Source: the human T2T-CHM13v2.0 reference genome, Homo sapiens
NCBI RefSeq assembly: GCF_009914755.1
Contig: NC_060929.1
Direction: 5' to 3' (one strand)
Length of the DNA stretch: 64,000 bases
A model generated the notes under the pieces. The model had not been told where the DNA came from. It saw nothing but the letters and a program-made list of their open reading frames with translations, and did no database searches. Made by a program: the position numbers and the translations under genes. The first letter of the stretch is position 1; the number at the start of each line of letters is the position of its first letter. This document shows positions 42,824 through 56,511 of this stretch, in pieces.

Positions 42824-43899
42824 TATTTCTTTAGTTTTAGAGTGGCAGAAATAAATGGAAACTGGTGACTTAGAATCTGACTTGGGAACTCAGGAACAAT
42901 CATAAAATTAATGGCCCTCAACCCACTGTAGCCATTAAAAATGTGTTGCACCATGAAATACTGTCCCAACATAGTGGATGCTTTTATTAGTGTAACTAAT
43001 ATCAAGTACCAGTACCCCTATGAAAAGAGAATTTAAATGTAAGCTTATCCAAAATTACTCCTCAGACAACTTTACCTATTGATATTTCTACAATTTATCA
43101 TTTCCCAAATTGCCTCCTAAGGGAACTTAGCTCCATGTGGAATATAGAGTCCCTCAAAGGGAACTCTGTTACTCGAAAAGTTTGGACAATATTGGGTAAT
43201 GTTAAGCAGGTTTCTCTACTGTAGGATTTTCATGGCTTTTTATATGCAAATATATAGTGAGTCTGTTAGAGTTCCCAAACTTAATAACTGCAGAACCTTT
43301 TCTTGTGGGGTCTGGTTTATCTGTTTACTGGGAACTCAGTTTTTAAACCACTGAATGTATTATTAGCAGTCAGTTGGAAAGGGATTAACAGTTTCTATGA
43401 CAGTGGCATGGAAAATATATTTATATCAGTTGGAGAATAGACAGAATGACAACTAGAAGAAATAATGATTCTTTGGAATTGCCTGAAGTTGTTACTTTTG
43501 CTGAATGAAGCAATAAAGCCCCTCAAAGAAGAGCTTACTAACCAGAGCATGTTATTCTCTGTACCCCTGTAAAAGCACCGTGCTGCTCAGTCACCTCATC
43601 CCGTGACCTTCCTCTCATCGTCTTCCATACAGACCACATCACAGCAAAGCACTCCAGCCTTGATTTAGAAACCATAAGACATGGGGAAGAATACAATGTG
43701 AGGAGTACGCCAGGAATGTGGAGTCATAGCATTACACTGAGGCAGAACAGATGAACAAATAGTGGGGAACAAGATCTCAATTCCCTTCCTCCTCCTATCA
43801 TTATTATTATTACAATTGTTAGGGGTGTTTTTTCTTTTAGAAATTCAAAGATTTGGAAAAAGTAACAATGGATTTATATGCCCCCTTCAAAGATATGTA

Positions 43900-46800
43900 G
43901 CAGTGAAATGGTGAGATGAAACAACCTTTAAAAAAAATCTTACTCTTAGAAAATTAGCAAAGGAAACATTAGTGCCAACAATATAGTTAATAAAGTAGAA
44001 ATAACTAATCATCATGAGAACCAAATAATCAAAATAGTTATTTAGTGGAAAGTTTCAAGAAATTTGGGGGAGAAGTATCACATATGGCTCATAATTAGTG
44101 TTCATCTGTAAAAGAGTAGCTCCTGTACGTACCATGCTCTTTGATATAATAGAACAGAAATGCTATATAAAAAGAAACACTTAAAACTATTCCCCTAATA
44201 ATACTGAGATCACATTGATAATAGACTATTTTAAAACATCAAAGATATTACAAGAAAAAGTCTTTGAGAAGCAGTCAAAGCAGTATTCCTGTGATACATT
44301 GTCATAAACACCTTTATCAATAGTAGAGAAAGAGAAAAAGAGAAACCTGATAAACTAAATGCTTATTGAATTTTAAACTGAAATTTCTAAAAGTTTTAAT
44401 AAGGTAGCCACCAAAAACAAAGTAGCAATAAGCATACCAGGAAATGAAAATAGCGGCATGAAAGTTAACTGGCCAATAGTTGTTTCTTTTGAAATAACAA
44501 ATACTTTATAAAATACTAGCAAATATAAAAGAGGAAAAAAAACCTTACAAAAAATACAATTAAATTTTAACAGAGTAATATAATAATATAGAGATCAACT
44601 AAATTATTGGTAGTTTAAAGCCAATAGTCAGTTGGCTTTTATGAATTTTTAACATTTTACAAAACTGATAAATAGAGAAAATAATCTTACTAATAAAATT
44701 TAACATAAATGTGAGAAAATACAATAATCAGTACAGAGCACAAATAAATTATTAGGAAACACTATGTACAACAATTTTCTAAGATTAAACAAAAATATTA
44801 AACTGCGTAATTCACAAAACCTAAAAAAAGACTGAAGAAAATATTGCAATGATTTTCAAACTGTCCTTCTACTGAAGGTTTAAAGATGACTCTAACTGTT
44901 GAACACTCAGTTCTTATGTGGCATAAATATGTCATGAAAAAGATGGGGTCACATAGTTGCTTCTATGAGTAATTATGGTGCTAATCTTAAAATCTGACAA
45001 ATATAACGGTATCAGCTAAAGTTACTTAAATGTGTAGATGTAAAAATTACATACAGCATACATAGAATATAACAAACAGTTAAATTATTTGCCATTATAA
45101 GTATTGATTCAGTAGCAGGAAAACTGTCAATATATTGTAGTGGTATATCAAATAGAAACAAATAATCATGTCCATGTAAAAGATCTATTTAAAATTTTAC
45201 ATATACTCATATTATAAATAAAAACTTTTTAAAAAGTAGGCAATCCCCTAATCTGTTAAAGAGTCTTTAGTTTTCAGAATCAAATATTCAATATCATGCT
45301 GGAGGCATTTTCCTTAAAAGCAGAAACTATGAAAAGTTTATTGTCATTTGTGCTTATTATCACATGGAAGAATCATTAACAACACATGAAAAAAATGACA
45401 AACATTAAAAGGGAACATTTGAATATATTTGTGGATAGCACTACTTGTAGATAATACATTTGTAAGTAACATTATGCCATGTTTATTAGTAACAACAGAT
45501 GAGAAAATGTAATTAATATGAGATCAGACTTAATGTAAACTATAAAAGGAGAAATGATCAGAAAAATAAGGACACAAAAAAATTGAAGGCCATACATTAA
45601 GTCAGTTTAACTAAATATCTTAAAAAGAATGATGACAATTCAAGTCATTTTATGTGTTAATTTTTTATTAAATAGCAATAAGATACTTTTATAACTCAAT
45701 AAAATTATTCAATGATACATTCGGAAAATAAATGTATAAAATATGAAAAAGTACTAAAAAGCATTTTTCAGTACTTTTAGGTAAGATTAATCCAACTAAA
45801 CACTAGCATATGTTATACAGTAATAATAAGTGGAAAATACAATAATGTTGAGAAAGCAAACTCAAAGCATAGATCAATGAAAAAATTGAGAAATGGACAT
45901 AAATGATTTAGTATTTTTAAAGAGAGTGAAAAATCATTATTTTATGCTTTTGTGTAGCATTAGATGAATTAAATAACATATGCACATATAGCTTTGCGAT
46001 ACAAATTTCCAGACCATAGGTTGTTTCATACTTAGTATTAAAAGGCTTAAATAATAAGTCAATAAGATAGTTTAAGAAGAGACAATACAAATGTTTCAAT
46101 GTCATTCTTTTCATTTGACAACTTGTTATTCTTTTCATTTGTCATATAAGCAAAGATTTCTCATAACTAAAAATGAATTTAATTTAGTACATTTTGGATT
46201 ACCTAAAATATTACATTCTAAAACGGCTTTACAGGGTATAAATGGACAATAAGTATCTTATAGTTATCTAAATTAGTTTAAATAATTTCCAATAATAACA
46301 TGCTGAAATGAATTTCTGAATGTTGGTATCTTTTTAATGTGCTTTTCTCCATCTTTTGGTAAAATTTGCAATTCTCCTTTTTCAAAATAAGCTATCCATA
46401 GTTGGAGTCACCAAAGAGTTCTGGACTTTTTTCTGGTTTTTCATCAACAGTTATACCTAAGTTTTTTTGTCAAAAGGGAGTATTTGAAATGAAGCAAATA
46501 TTCAATATTTTTAAACAGAAATTATTTCAGAAAGTTTCTAGAATATTTAACGTTGAAAAAAAACCCTGAAACCTGACACCGTATACCACAATATACAAGC
46601 AATAGTAGTATATCATTTTACACTGATTATCATAATAAAAGTCAAATTCTGGCAAGCAAGGCCATGGGAAAACAGGCATGCTTATTCATTGCTTTTCGCA
46701 GTATGAATTCCTAGCAACATTTGAGAGGGCAGTTTAGCAAAATATAGCCAGCACCATAACTCACTCACTAGAACTTATTCAGAGCAATTTTAAAAGAGCT

Positions 46801-47050
46801 GAAAACTTTGAATAACCTAAATGTACAACAGGAAATGTGTAAACAAACCGTGGAACTCTAAGTTATATTATTGCATAGTATTTAGAATAATCAATATGAG
46901 AAGGAAATAGAAATAGCAAATTGTATAAAATAATACAATAGAGAAGAAAGAATTTAAATTTCTTTTAAAATTATATGTTATTATGAGTCTATTTGGTCAA
47001 GAGAATAAACAGTCATTAAGCTATCGTTAAGAGTTATAGTTAAGTGATGG
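43900..47050 (+). mobile_element. Highly degraded, very AT-rich L1M-like relic
   Basis: A-rich strand bias and faint ORF2-like motifs; boundaries uncertain. Confidence 0.4.
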
Positions 47051-48034
47051 CATTGTGCTCATAATTTTATATACAACATGTTACTAATAAAATTTTTTTC
47101 AATAAAAGAAATTTGAAGATGCTAAACTTGCTGCTGCCATCTCTGAAGTGGTTTCCCAAACCCCAGCTTCAACGACCCAAGCTGGAGCCCCACCCCGTGA
47201 TACCTCGGTAAGCAGCACATCTTATTTGGGAGATAAATGTTTTTGCGCAGCCACAACTAGAAAGAAAATAGGGCGCCTGTTTAAAGCAAATGAAAATAGG
47301 CAGAATTATTAGGAAGATCAGGCACCTTCTATTTCAGAAGAGCCAAGACTGATGATTTAGCGAGATGGCAGAGATTAACTTTGAAATGATTAAATGAAAC
47401 TATATATGTGAAAACATTGTACACATAGTCAAGGACCTTAATATTATTGTTGCTTTATAAGAATTGAAAGTGCAATAAAGTGCATTGTGTCTATATTCAA
47501 ATTACTAGATTTGAAAAGTTCTTTAGCTTTCCTGATAATTGATTTTCTCCTTTATATTTTTTCTTATACATTCTATAATTTACTACCCATTATTTAACCT
47601 CAAGTTTATTTTATGGAATCGTCATGTTTGAGCTTTTACAAACATTTTACAAACGTCATGGAATAGCATTGTTTTCTTCCCAATTCACACCAGTAAAAAT
47701 TTGTCACTTTCATACTAGCAGTAGAAGAACCTCAGCATCAATATTGTTTTAATTATTTACATGCTGTGAGGCAAGGCTGTGGGACCAAAGCTTTTCCAGA
47801 CTTCCTTGACTAATCACCTGTGCAATACCAAATTATACATTACCAAGGAGACCACAGCACATCAAATTATAAAGGGATTGCCCTAAACCAGATCCCCATC
47901 TCCTTTGGTTGAGAACAGTGCCTCATTTGCTAGATGGAGATGAAGTAACTTTAGCGAAGTCAGCTATGCTTCCATTCCGTTTGATGTAGCATCAAAGCAT
48001 ATTTAGTGCTGTAGTCTGAGATTCTGATGGATTT
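45645..48034 (-). other. ERAP1: ERAP1 exon-20 3'UTR, antisense across CAST exon 23; end approximate
   Basis: downstream of the TGA; minus-strand AATAAA at 45664-45669 (other hexamers exist, so the end is inferred). Confidence 0.6.
47109..47207 (+). CDS. CAST: CAST exon 23 ([17 protein letters not shown]...RDTS)
   Basis: aataaaag|AAA...TCG|gtaagc; 99 nt. Confidence 0.93.
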
Positions 48035-48063
48035 TCATCCTGTTGCGTCAGCTTCAGGATCAT
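48035..48063 (-). CDS. ERAP1: ERAP1 alternative exon 20 coding part ((H)DPEADATG*)
   Basis: minus-strand ttttcag|AT GAT CCT GAA GCT GAC GCA ACA GGA TGA; joined to the exon-19 internal donor gives ...EKLEHDPEADATG*, the known long ERAP1 isoform C-terminus. Confidence 0.93.
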
Positions 48064-49019
48064 CTGAAAATATCCAGAGGCACAAATGACAAAGCCCAGA
48101 CCTGGCCCCGGGCAGCTCTACCATTAGCAGCTATAATCCTGGATTATAATAAAGCACTTAAAACCAGTAAAATGCCCCGTGTGTGTGTATGTGCATGTGC
48201 ATGTGCATGTGTGTATGTAAACACACCCACAATGAAGAAAGTCCCCATGCAACAGAAAGGAAGAATCATTAATAGCCTAGGCTGCCGTTTACACTTCAGT
48301 TCTTAATATTCAGGCCAGAGATTCTGCCCTGATGAAGGCTATCAGTAAACATTTGCAATCAAAAACTTTTTTGCCTTTAAGAAGTAGGTTTTACAATGAC
48401 ACTTCTCTGATCACATTTCCCATCAGAGAGGCTTGTTTTTAGTTAACATTTTATTTGAAGATGTCACTAAAACAAGGTATAAAGCTTTATTTAGATAAAA
48501 ATATTAGGAAATCGAAGAGTCAAATAAACCATGATAATTCACGGGAGCTTTCTTTGCTGTGATTATTAGATTGTTACTAACAGTGTTACATACACTGAAA
48601 GCATTTGAAGACATGATTTCAAAGATCTGTGTAATAAAATCACTCCAACAGGAAAACTGCTTCAAAGAAAATAGAAGATCATGGATGTGACTAAGCATGA
48701 CAGGGAAAAGCTTTATCAGTCCCAAGACCTGGGTTCTATTCACTTTTTAACAATTTGTTTTCAAGCAACTGACTTAGCTTCCCTGAGCTTTTTACCTCAA
48801 AAAAAAAAAGCCTGCTTAGTTCACTGAGAACCATTGTGGGCATCAAATAAAACTGGATAGTGTATGTGAAAACATTTTGAAAATCAACTGGAAAGTTCTA
48901 TACAGTATTGGACAGAGTTCAGCATGGTGTCTTATACAATGTAGATATTAAACACATTTTAATTGAATTCATTTAGAGGTGGAATTTTGAATGCAATGTG
49001 TTGAAAAATATGGATTTTG

Positions 49020-49220
49020 CTATAATAATACTAATAATAATTTACCATTTGTTGGGTCCTAACATACAACTAGTATTGTTTTAAATGCCTTTTCAATCAT
49101 TTACTTTTCTCAGCAACTTAGGAGTATAAGTACTACTATTATTCACATTTCACGGCCAAGGAAACTGAAGCTGAAAGGGGTTAAATAAGCTGCCTGAATC
49201 ATACAGTAAATAAATGTTAG
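49020..49220 (-). mobile_element. MIR
   Basis: cattttcacggccaaggaaactgaagctgaaaggggttaaataagctgcc. Confidence 0.65.
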
Positions 49221-50055
49221 AGGAAATAAGCTATCTTAGTTACAGTGATATTGTTGTCCATAATTTTTTTCCTCTAGAATACCAGCTCCCATTTCTGCAA
49301 TTTCACTTCCATGAGCTTCCTGAAGATGAAAAGAGAGGTTTCCCCACCAGTTCAGAAATTCTCTGAAGTCTTTCAGGGCACTCATCACCAGTGTGGCAGA
49401 CAAGCCCCTTCCACTCTCCTGACCCCAGATTGTCTCTGGGGTTTTGTGCTTTAGGAAGTATTAGGATGGCAGTGCCGAGCTCCATGGCTTCCCACAAACT
49501 GCGGGTCACGCTGCACTTTCTGAAATGCACCCCTCAAGATCTTAGAGTTTTAGAGAGGACCCACAGAACCAAAGAAACACTTACCCTCTATAGTTGCAGA
49601 ATCTTGCTTCCTAACCATCTGACAACATTAGTAGATGTTTGTTTTCATATCCAGTTTTCTAATGGTGTTTAATTTCTAAATGAAAGGCACACATGATTGG
49701 TTCATTTGCTTTTGGACCCTTTATGTGACCTCCAGGTCACCCACTGGATATGGCTCCTGAGGCTGCCACTAAGACCTCCTTAACCTGGTGGGATCTTCAC
49801 CAAGAGATGGGCAGGGTTGGGTGGAAGGTGCTGGCCCTCCAACCCCAGTAGGGTGACAGATACTGCCGCTCTTCTCCTGATCTTCCATTCCTAGGCTTCT
49901 CTTCTCTGACCCTGTCTACTCCCCTGCCCCAGCCCCAGATGTCTTTTTCTTCCAAGGAAACAGGTTCCCTCCTGAAAAGATGGAGTTCCTGGGCTAATTT
50001 GCCTCTGATACAGTTTGGCTAATGAGTGACTAATTCAGCATTATTTACTTTTCAG

Positions 50056-50160
50056 CAGAGTGACAAAGACCTCGATGATGCCTTGGATAAACTCTCTGAC
50101 AGTCTAGGACAAAGGCAGCCTGACCCAGATGAGAACAAACCAATGGAAGATAAAGTAAAG
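50056..50160 (+). CDS. CAST: CAST exon 24, domain 4 subdomain A ([18 protein letters not shown]...DKVK)
   Basis: ttcag|CAG (NAGNAG)...AAG|gtaaaa; 105 nt. Confidence 0.95.
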
Positions 50161-50162
50161 GT

Positions 50163-50185
50163 AAAAAAAAAAAAAAAAAAAAAAA
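50163..50185 (+). repeat. A23 homopolymer immediately after the exon-24 donor GT
   Basis: direct read. Confidence 0.95.
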
Positions 50186-50885
50186 TTCACTAATAAGTGA
50201 AATTTTAATCCTTGGGTCTTGACTCTGTCATTGTCATAGGAATATTGATGTGAACTTAACCTATATTTTAAACATGAAATTATAATGAAATAGAAAAATC
50301 AATCTGTACTCCACTGGAGGGGAAGGTCACTGAATCTGTGACAGAGATACCAGCGGAGCCTCCCTGAGGGGATTCTGGGAGGTAGGTGTGGGGTATGCAT
50401 GGCTTCCTCCCATGCAACACAAGCAGTCAGCACATCCATTCAAATTAGCTGTTGTCCTTCAGGGTTGCTTATAAATAGGCAAAGTTGTAAATGTGACCTC
50501 TCTAAATGGCAAGGTACAGTGGCCTGATTTTGTATTAGAAAAGTGAAACCATACAGAAAAAAAGAAAAAGATATTTTATACCTTTGGGTTCTAATCTCCT
50601 AACATGGTTTCTGAAGATAATTATTTAATCATTTATTTCCATTTAAAATATAGCTAGAAAATTCACAGATATGAATTGACATACAGAAGCATACGGGATT
50701 TTATATTTTAGCCAACTAGCAGTCTGTTGAAGTCATCTGTGTTGTTCTGTTGCTTAAAAAATAAAAACAGACCATATGTTTTGCCTCATGAAAGTACAAC
50801 AAATGCTGAATGCTGCATTTGACAATGTATTTTCTAAGTGAAAGAGGAAATGAATATTAATTCTATCTGCTCACTGTTGATATAG

Positions 50886-50978
50886 GAAAAAGCTAAAGCT
50901 GAACATAGAGACAAGCTTGGAGAAAGAGATGACACTATCCCACCTGAATACAGACATCTCCTGGATGATAATGGACAG
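50886..50978 (+). CDS. CAST: CAST exon 25, domain 4 subdomain B ([31 protein letters not shown])
   Basis: atag|GAA...CAG|gtaaac; 93 nt. Confidence 0.97.
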
Positions 50979-52269
50979 GTAAACTGAGGCAAATTGCTAG
51001 ATCGGATTTATGCTACCAAGATCTTTAAATTCAAATCTCCCTTGAAATAAATAGTAGCTATACTCCTTTACAGTAGCATAAAACATACCATGACTGACTG
51101 CTTCTAATGTGTCACCAAAGCCGACCAGCAGGTAAATATTTATTTGAGCCAATATCATTATATATGCATATGCTAGGCTCTGTGGTATAAACAGGGTTGA
51201 ATACTGTTCAGTCACTCACAGATGCTTAAGAGTGATCCAAGAAATGTGATTCTCTCTTTCAAGAAAAGGCTATAAAAATGACTAAGGTGATAGGATTTCA
51301 AAGGAAGCAATCTCTGTTTAAGGAGAGCAGAAAAGGAGCTGGTGTTGGGATAATTAATAGGGAAAATTAATAAGGCAGCTCCAAGACCTGGGGTCTCCCT
51401 ATCTTCTCCTGCATCATCATCAGCACTATTGCAAGTGAAGACAGGCAAAGCAATATTCCCAATCACAAATCCTGTTTCTCTGCCAAAAAGTCCCTGGCCT
51501 TTTGTCTCCCACATGATAGAGGCCAGTCTTTCGTAGGTCAACCAGGCCTGTCCCCCACCTCTTTCCTATTTAGTTTCTAATTTTTGAGTCAATTAGATGA
51601 TAAATAACCCTTTCCATGCCTGTTCATCAAATAAGAAACAAGGAAGACCAAATTACACCCTTCTCTTTCTGTACTGATTCATTTTGGTGAGTAAGATGAT
51701 TCCTGTTTAAATAGCAGTGTCAGCTTCAGGGTCTCCTATTACAGGAACCAATTCTCCTTGCTTGCATTCAGTATTCCTCAAGATAGCAATTCCACATCCT
51801 GCTAGAGCCCTTCCCACTTTGATAGTACCAACTCACCCTGCTTGCGTTCTTTGGGAAATTTATTATTTAAGGCCCTTGCCTTTGAAGCTGGGAAAAATCC
51901 CTGATGACTTTCTAAGTGTAATAAGCTATAGTAAATAAGATGTAAAAACACAAGTAACTTTTTATAACACTTTAAGTAGAATTATAAGTGATAATACATG
52001 ATGGCAGAAGGTTCACAAATAGTGTTTCTTTCACTTCCAGGACCAGACCCTTTCATATGTTTCCCCCAAGTCTACACAAATGATTATAAAGAATAGTAAT
52101 TAAGCAAAGCTGGTAAAGAAATAGTGGGGACTCAGGTTTATTAGTTATTGCAAGTCTACACTCCATTTTATCCAAGTCAAGTCATGGGACAATAGATTCT
52201 CTACTGCCTAAACCTAAGTAAACCTTTACAGATATCTATGCTTAACCAATAGTCTGCCTTCTTTTTAAG

Positions 52270-52314
52270 GACAAACCAGTGAAGCCACCTACAAAGAAAT
52301 CAGAGGATTCAAAG
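52270..52314 (+). CDS. CAST: CAST exon 26 (DKPVKPPTKKSEDSK)
   Basis: ttaag|GAC...AAG|gtaaag; 45 nt. Confidence 0.95.
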
Positions 52315-52738
52315 GTAAAGACCATAGGAACATATTTCCATTAAATTTTGTTTTATTCTAGCCATAGGGGTATTTGGCATTTTAGAAAACTAAAACATAT
52401 TGAATGCCTACTCTGTGCCTGGTACTTTGTCAAAGCATGCATATAAATGTGTGTGACTATTGTTTACCTCTCTTTTAGTCTTCACAAAAGCCCTTTAGGG
52501 TGGAAAACTGAGGCTCAGAGAATGCTAAGCAACGTGTATTAAAGAGTAGATGGAAAAAAAGCCATCAAGATTTTCTTGTTTTTCTATCTCCTTTACAATA
52601 CATTATTATTAATAAAGAATGTCAGTCAGTTTTTTTCTTATAGAAACATCTTTTATTTGTAAGTGATGTGGGAAAAGACCCCATATTGCATTTTGCCTTC
52701 TGCTTCTTCACTGATGGTTATTTCTACTCATATCTCAG

Positions 52739-52831
52739 AAACCTGCAGATGACCAAGACCCCATTGATGCTCTCTCAGGAGATCTGGACAGCTGTCCCTC
52801 CACTACAGAAACCTCACAGAACACAGCAAAG
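52739..52831 (+). CDS. CAST: CAST exon 27, domain 4 subdomain C ([17 protein letters not shown]...TAK)
   Basis: ctcag|AAA...AAG|gtactg; 93 nt. Confidence 0.96.
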
Positions 52832-52896
52832 GTACTGTGCTTTTTCACATTTCACTCTTTGAAATGTGTGTGTGTGTATGTGTACATACATATAAG

Positions 52897-53215
52897 TTTT
52901 ATTTATTGATTGATCTATCTATCGGTCTGTCTTGTAACAGGGTCTTACTCTATAGCCCAGGCTGGAGTGCAGTGGTGTGATCTCAGCTTACTGCGATCTC
53001 TGCTTCCTGGGCTCAAGCAATCCTCCTACCTTAGCTTCCTGAGTAGCTGGGACTACAGGCGTGCACCACCACACCCAGCTAATTTTTGTATTTTTTTGTA
53101 GAGAGGGGGTTTCGCCATGTTGCCAGGCTGGTCTCGAGCTCTTGGGCTCAAGTGATCTGCCAACCTCTACCTCCCAAAGTACTGGGATTACAGGCTTGAG
53201 CCACTGCGCCTGGCC
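52897..53215 (-). mobile_element. Alu (AluJ-like)
   Basis: reverse Alu consensus with degenerate tail. Confidence 0.9.
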
Positions 53216-54290
53216 CTTACAATTTTTAAACTGTAGAATGAATCAAACGATGATATAGAGAACCTGAAAATGAAGAAAAGAAAAAATGCCTATAATTCCA
53301 CTGCCCCCAAAACAGTATTATTTTGTGGATTTCCTTTTTTTTCTATATGTATATTTTACATAATTATACTTACAGTCCACTTATAAAACACTGCTTAACG
53401 TTATTTCTTAACTGCTACTTTGTAATTTCCATAGCCACCATTTTTTATCTCCACACTATATGGTTGTGCCACAATAATGCTATGTCTGTGTTCATTTAAA
53501 GTGAGAGCAGGCCCTAACTACATCAGGCACTCTCATGCTCATTTGCTCTCTGGAGCTTCCTCCCCTTTTCTGTCTGCTTAGCCCAACTGGTCTACTCTTC
53601 ATTCCTCAGGGCACAGCTCAAGCATCAGCTCCTTAGGGAAGACTTTCTTGTCTTACATCTTCTCCCTTCCCAGTCCAAAGTTAGAGGCCTCTCTTCCATG
53701 CCCTCCTTGCTCTCTGTTACCTCTCTGTGCTTGTGTATCACACCACTGAGCTACGCATTTCATACAGTAGTGATGTGTCTTTTACCTCTGTGCTCCTCAT
53801 TAGCAAAATGCCTGGTACTTAGCAGGTGCTCAAAACGTGATTAAAAGTGAATGAGAAACAACTGTGTAATTCAACAAGTGTGAGGCATTTTCCCTCAAGC
53901 TACACCCTCTTGTAAATCAAATAGAAGGAAACGTGAAATGAGTACCTCCTTGTTATTTTCAGGAGAGTTAATTCTGCAGATCTCAGTTTGCTATTGTTTT
54001 GGCTGTTCTAAGGCACTGCTCTCGATCACTGAATTGTCAGCCCTTCCATACTGGGTAGCTTAATTTCTAGACCACTTCAGCATCCTATCTCTCACCCCTG
54101 GTAACTCGTAAGTAATGCCTTTTTTGGTGAATGGACTTTATTTTTATACGTAACCTGCTCCAGCTTTCCTCGGTTGTTTCCCATTGTTCATTTCTCTCCC
54201 ATAACACTGAAAACAGGGTTTTTTTTTGTTTTTTTTTTTTTGCCTTTTGGTACACAAAAGCCAGTCCTGATCGAGACAAGCTCTATTTTG

Positions 54291-55070
54291 TTTTTTAAAT
54301 ACATTTTATTGTGTATATTTGAGGTTTACAACATGGTAGTTTGGGATGCATAGAAATAATAAAATGGTTACTGTAGGGAAGCAGATTTACATATCTATCA
54401 TTCTCACACAACTACTTTTTGTGACAAAAGCAGCTAAAATCTACTTAGTTAACAAAATCCCTAATACAATTTTATTAACCTTAGTCCTCATGTTATACAT
54501 TAACTCTCTACACTTGTTCATTCTGCATATCTGCTATTTTGTATCCTTTGACCTATATCTCTGTTTCCTCCTCCTGTTCCCTACCATGGTCGCCATGTTT
54601 TATTCTCTGTGTTTTTGAGCTTTTTCTTTTATATATATTCTACATATAAGTGAAATCACTTTTCTTTCTGTGTCTGGCTTATATCATCTAGTATAAGGTC
54701 TTCCAGGTCCATCCATGTTGTGACAAATAGTAGGATATCGTTTTTTAAGGCTGAATAATATTCCATTATGTATATATACATGACATTTTCTTTATCCATT
54801 CATCAACAACTAGGTTGTTCCATATCTTGGCTATTGTGAGTAATGTTGCAGTGAATATGGGAGTGCAGATATCTTTATAAGGTGATAATTTCATCTCCTT
54901 TGGGTATATACCCAGAAGAGGGATTACTGGGTCATACAGTAGTTCTACTTTTAATTTCTTTAGGAACCTATATACTGTTTTCCATCATAGCCCATACCAA
55001 TCTACATCCCCACTGACAGTGTACTAGGGTTCCCTTTTCTCCACACCCTTGCCGACATTTATTATCTATT
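54291..55070 (-). mobile_element. L1MA-type 3' fragment
   Basis: L1M ORF2-end/3'UTR motifs; 16-bp TSD gacaagctct(a/g)ttttg at 54275-54290 and 55071-55086. Confidence 0.85.
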
Positions 55071-55362
55071 GACAAGCTCTGTTTTGATTAGCAAAATAAG
55101 GTCTGGGTGAGTCAGGCACCACGGGAATTAGAGCATCAATGTCACCCACATTTCCCTCCTTATTTCTATCCTTTTTCCCTCCTGCTTTAAACAATTCTCT
55201 GACACCGTTGTTCAAAAAAAATCATGAAAAAACACCCAAAGTCTTCCATTATTTAATTAAATTGGAGATCTCAGAATGGTCTGGATTAATTTAACTGCAG
55301 CCTAGTTAATTGCTAGATGGATTGGTGATAGCCATAGCCTCATTACATTTCCTTTGCTTTAG

Positions 55363-55434
55363 GATAAGTGCAAGAAGGCTGCTTCCAGCTCCAAAGCACC
55401 TAAGAATGGAGGTAAAGCGAAGGATTCAGCAAAG
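55363..55434 (+). CDS. CAST: CAST exon 28 (DKCKKAASSSKAPKNGGKAKDSAK)
   Basis: ttag|GAT...AAG|gtaaat; 72 nt. Confidence 0.95.
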
Positions 55435-56475
55435 GTAAATGGAGCAGTAAATATACTACAAATTAGTTTAGCAGTTACACAGAGTAGGGTTTATCATTTC
55501 AGTCATTTAGTTTCCTACTGGAATCTATTTAGAATAAAATTTCTTAAAGTACTATCTATCCCATAGCATCGCTTGGTAAAGTAATTGAATTTGTATAAAT
55601 ACATATATTTTTAAGTAACTGGTGCTTTAAAATCCTAAATGAATGTTCTTGACACAACCCAATTTGCCTGTGTTTTGCCTGTCTTTCTTGCCCTAATTAA
55701 AATACCACCATAGTATGTGGTTTATATAGATTTTAGAACATGGAAGTTGGAAACTTCCTATTATTAAAATTACTCAAGCTGTGATGAGAAATGAAAATTG
55801 GATTAGACAACTTCTAGGTCCCTTCCAATTCCAAGAACATATGATTTAAATGATTATTACTATGATCCCCTGGCTATAAGGAGGAGTTAAAGGTGTAGCT
55901 TTAAAGACAATAGTCCAGTTACACCAAAGCTTTTAAAACAATATATTAAAATCTTCCTGTAGTAGATTCCCTTAAGGGATATAGGAAACAGCATTGATAA
56001 TTGGCAGTTATGCCATTATATCTCAGTTTAAATACTTATTTGCCTATTATTTAATTTCAGTTATACGAAGTACTTAATCAGCCCTTTAACAAATAATAGA
56101 AAGCATAATAACCCTTTATGATGAGTGGATTTACTGGACAGCCATGACCCTATGTACAGGAAAGGAAGGATCACCACAGAATGAAACATTGCCATTTAAG
56201 AACACCTATGCATATTTTATAACCTACCCTAGCCTTAAAAAAATAAAGCTGAGAGTGATACATTTAGGATCAGGATCACTTAAGGTTATTTTTAGCTTAT
56301 AAGCTTGAGGAGGAAGAACTCACAATATTTTGGCCAGATGAAGAAGAGAAACTGAAAGGACCATCTTATTTTTCCCCACTGACTGCCATCTTTTGTCCCC
56401 TAATTCTGAGAAGGCCATCTCCTCATACTTAATACAGAAAAGAAAGCTCACGGATGGTTTTGCTTTCCCTTTTAG

Positions 56476-56511
56476 ACAACAGAGGAAACTTCCAAGCCAA
56501 AAGATGACTAA
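56476..56511 (+). CDS. CAST: CAST exon 29 coding part (TTEETSKPKDD*); exon continues to 56534
   Basis: ttag|ACA...TAA at 56509-56511; donor CTG|gtaagt after 56534; total 708 aa. Confidence 0.96.
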   Translation, partial: TTEETSKPKDD

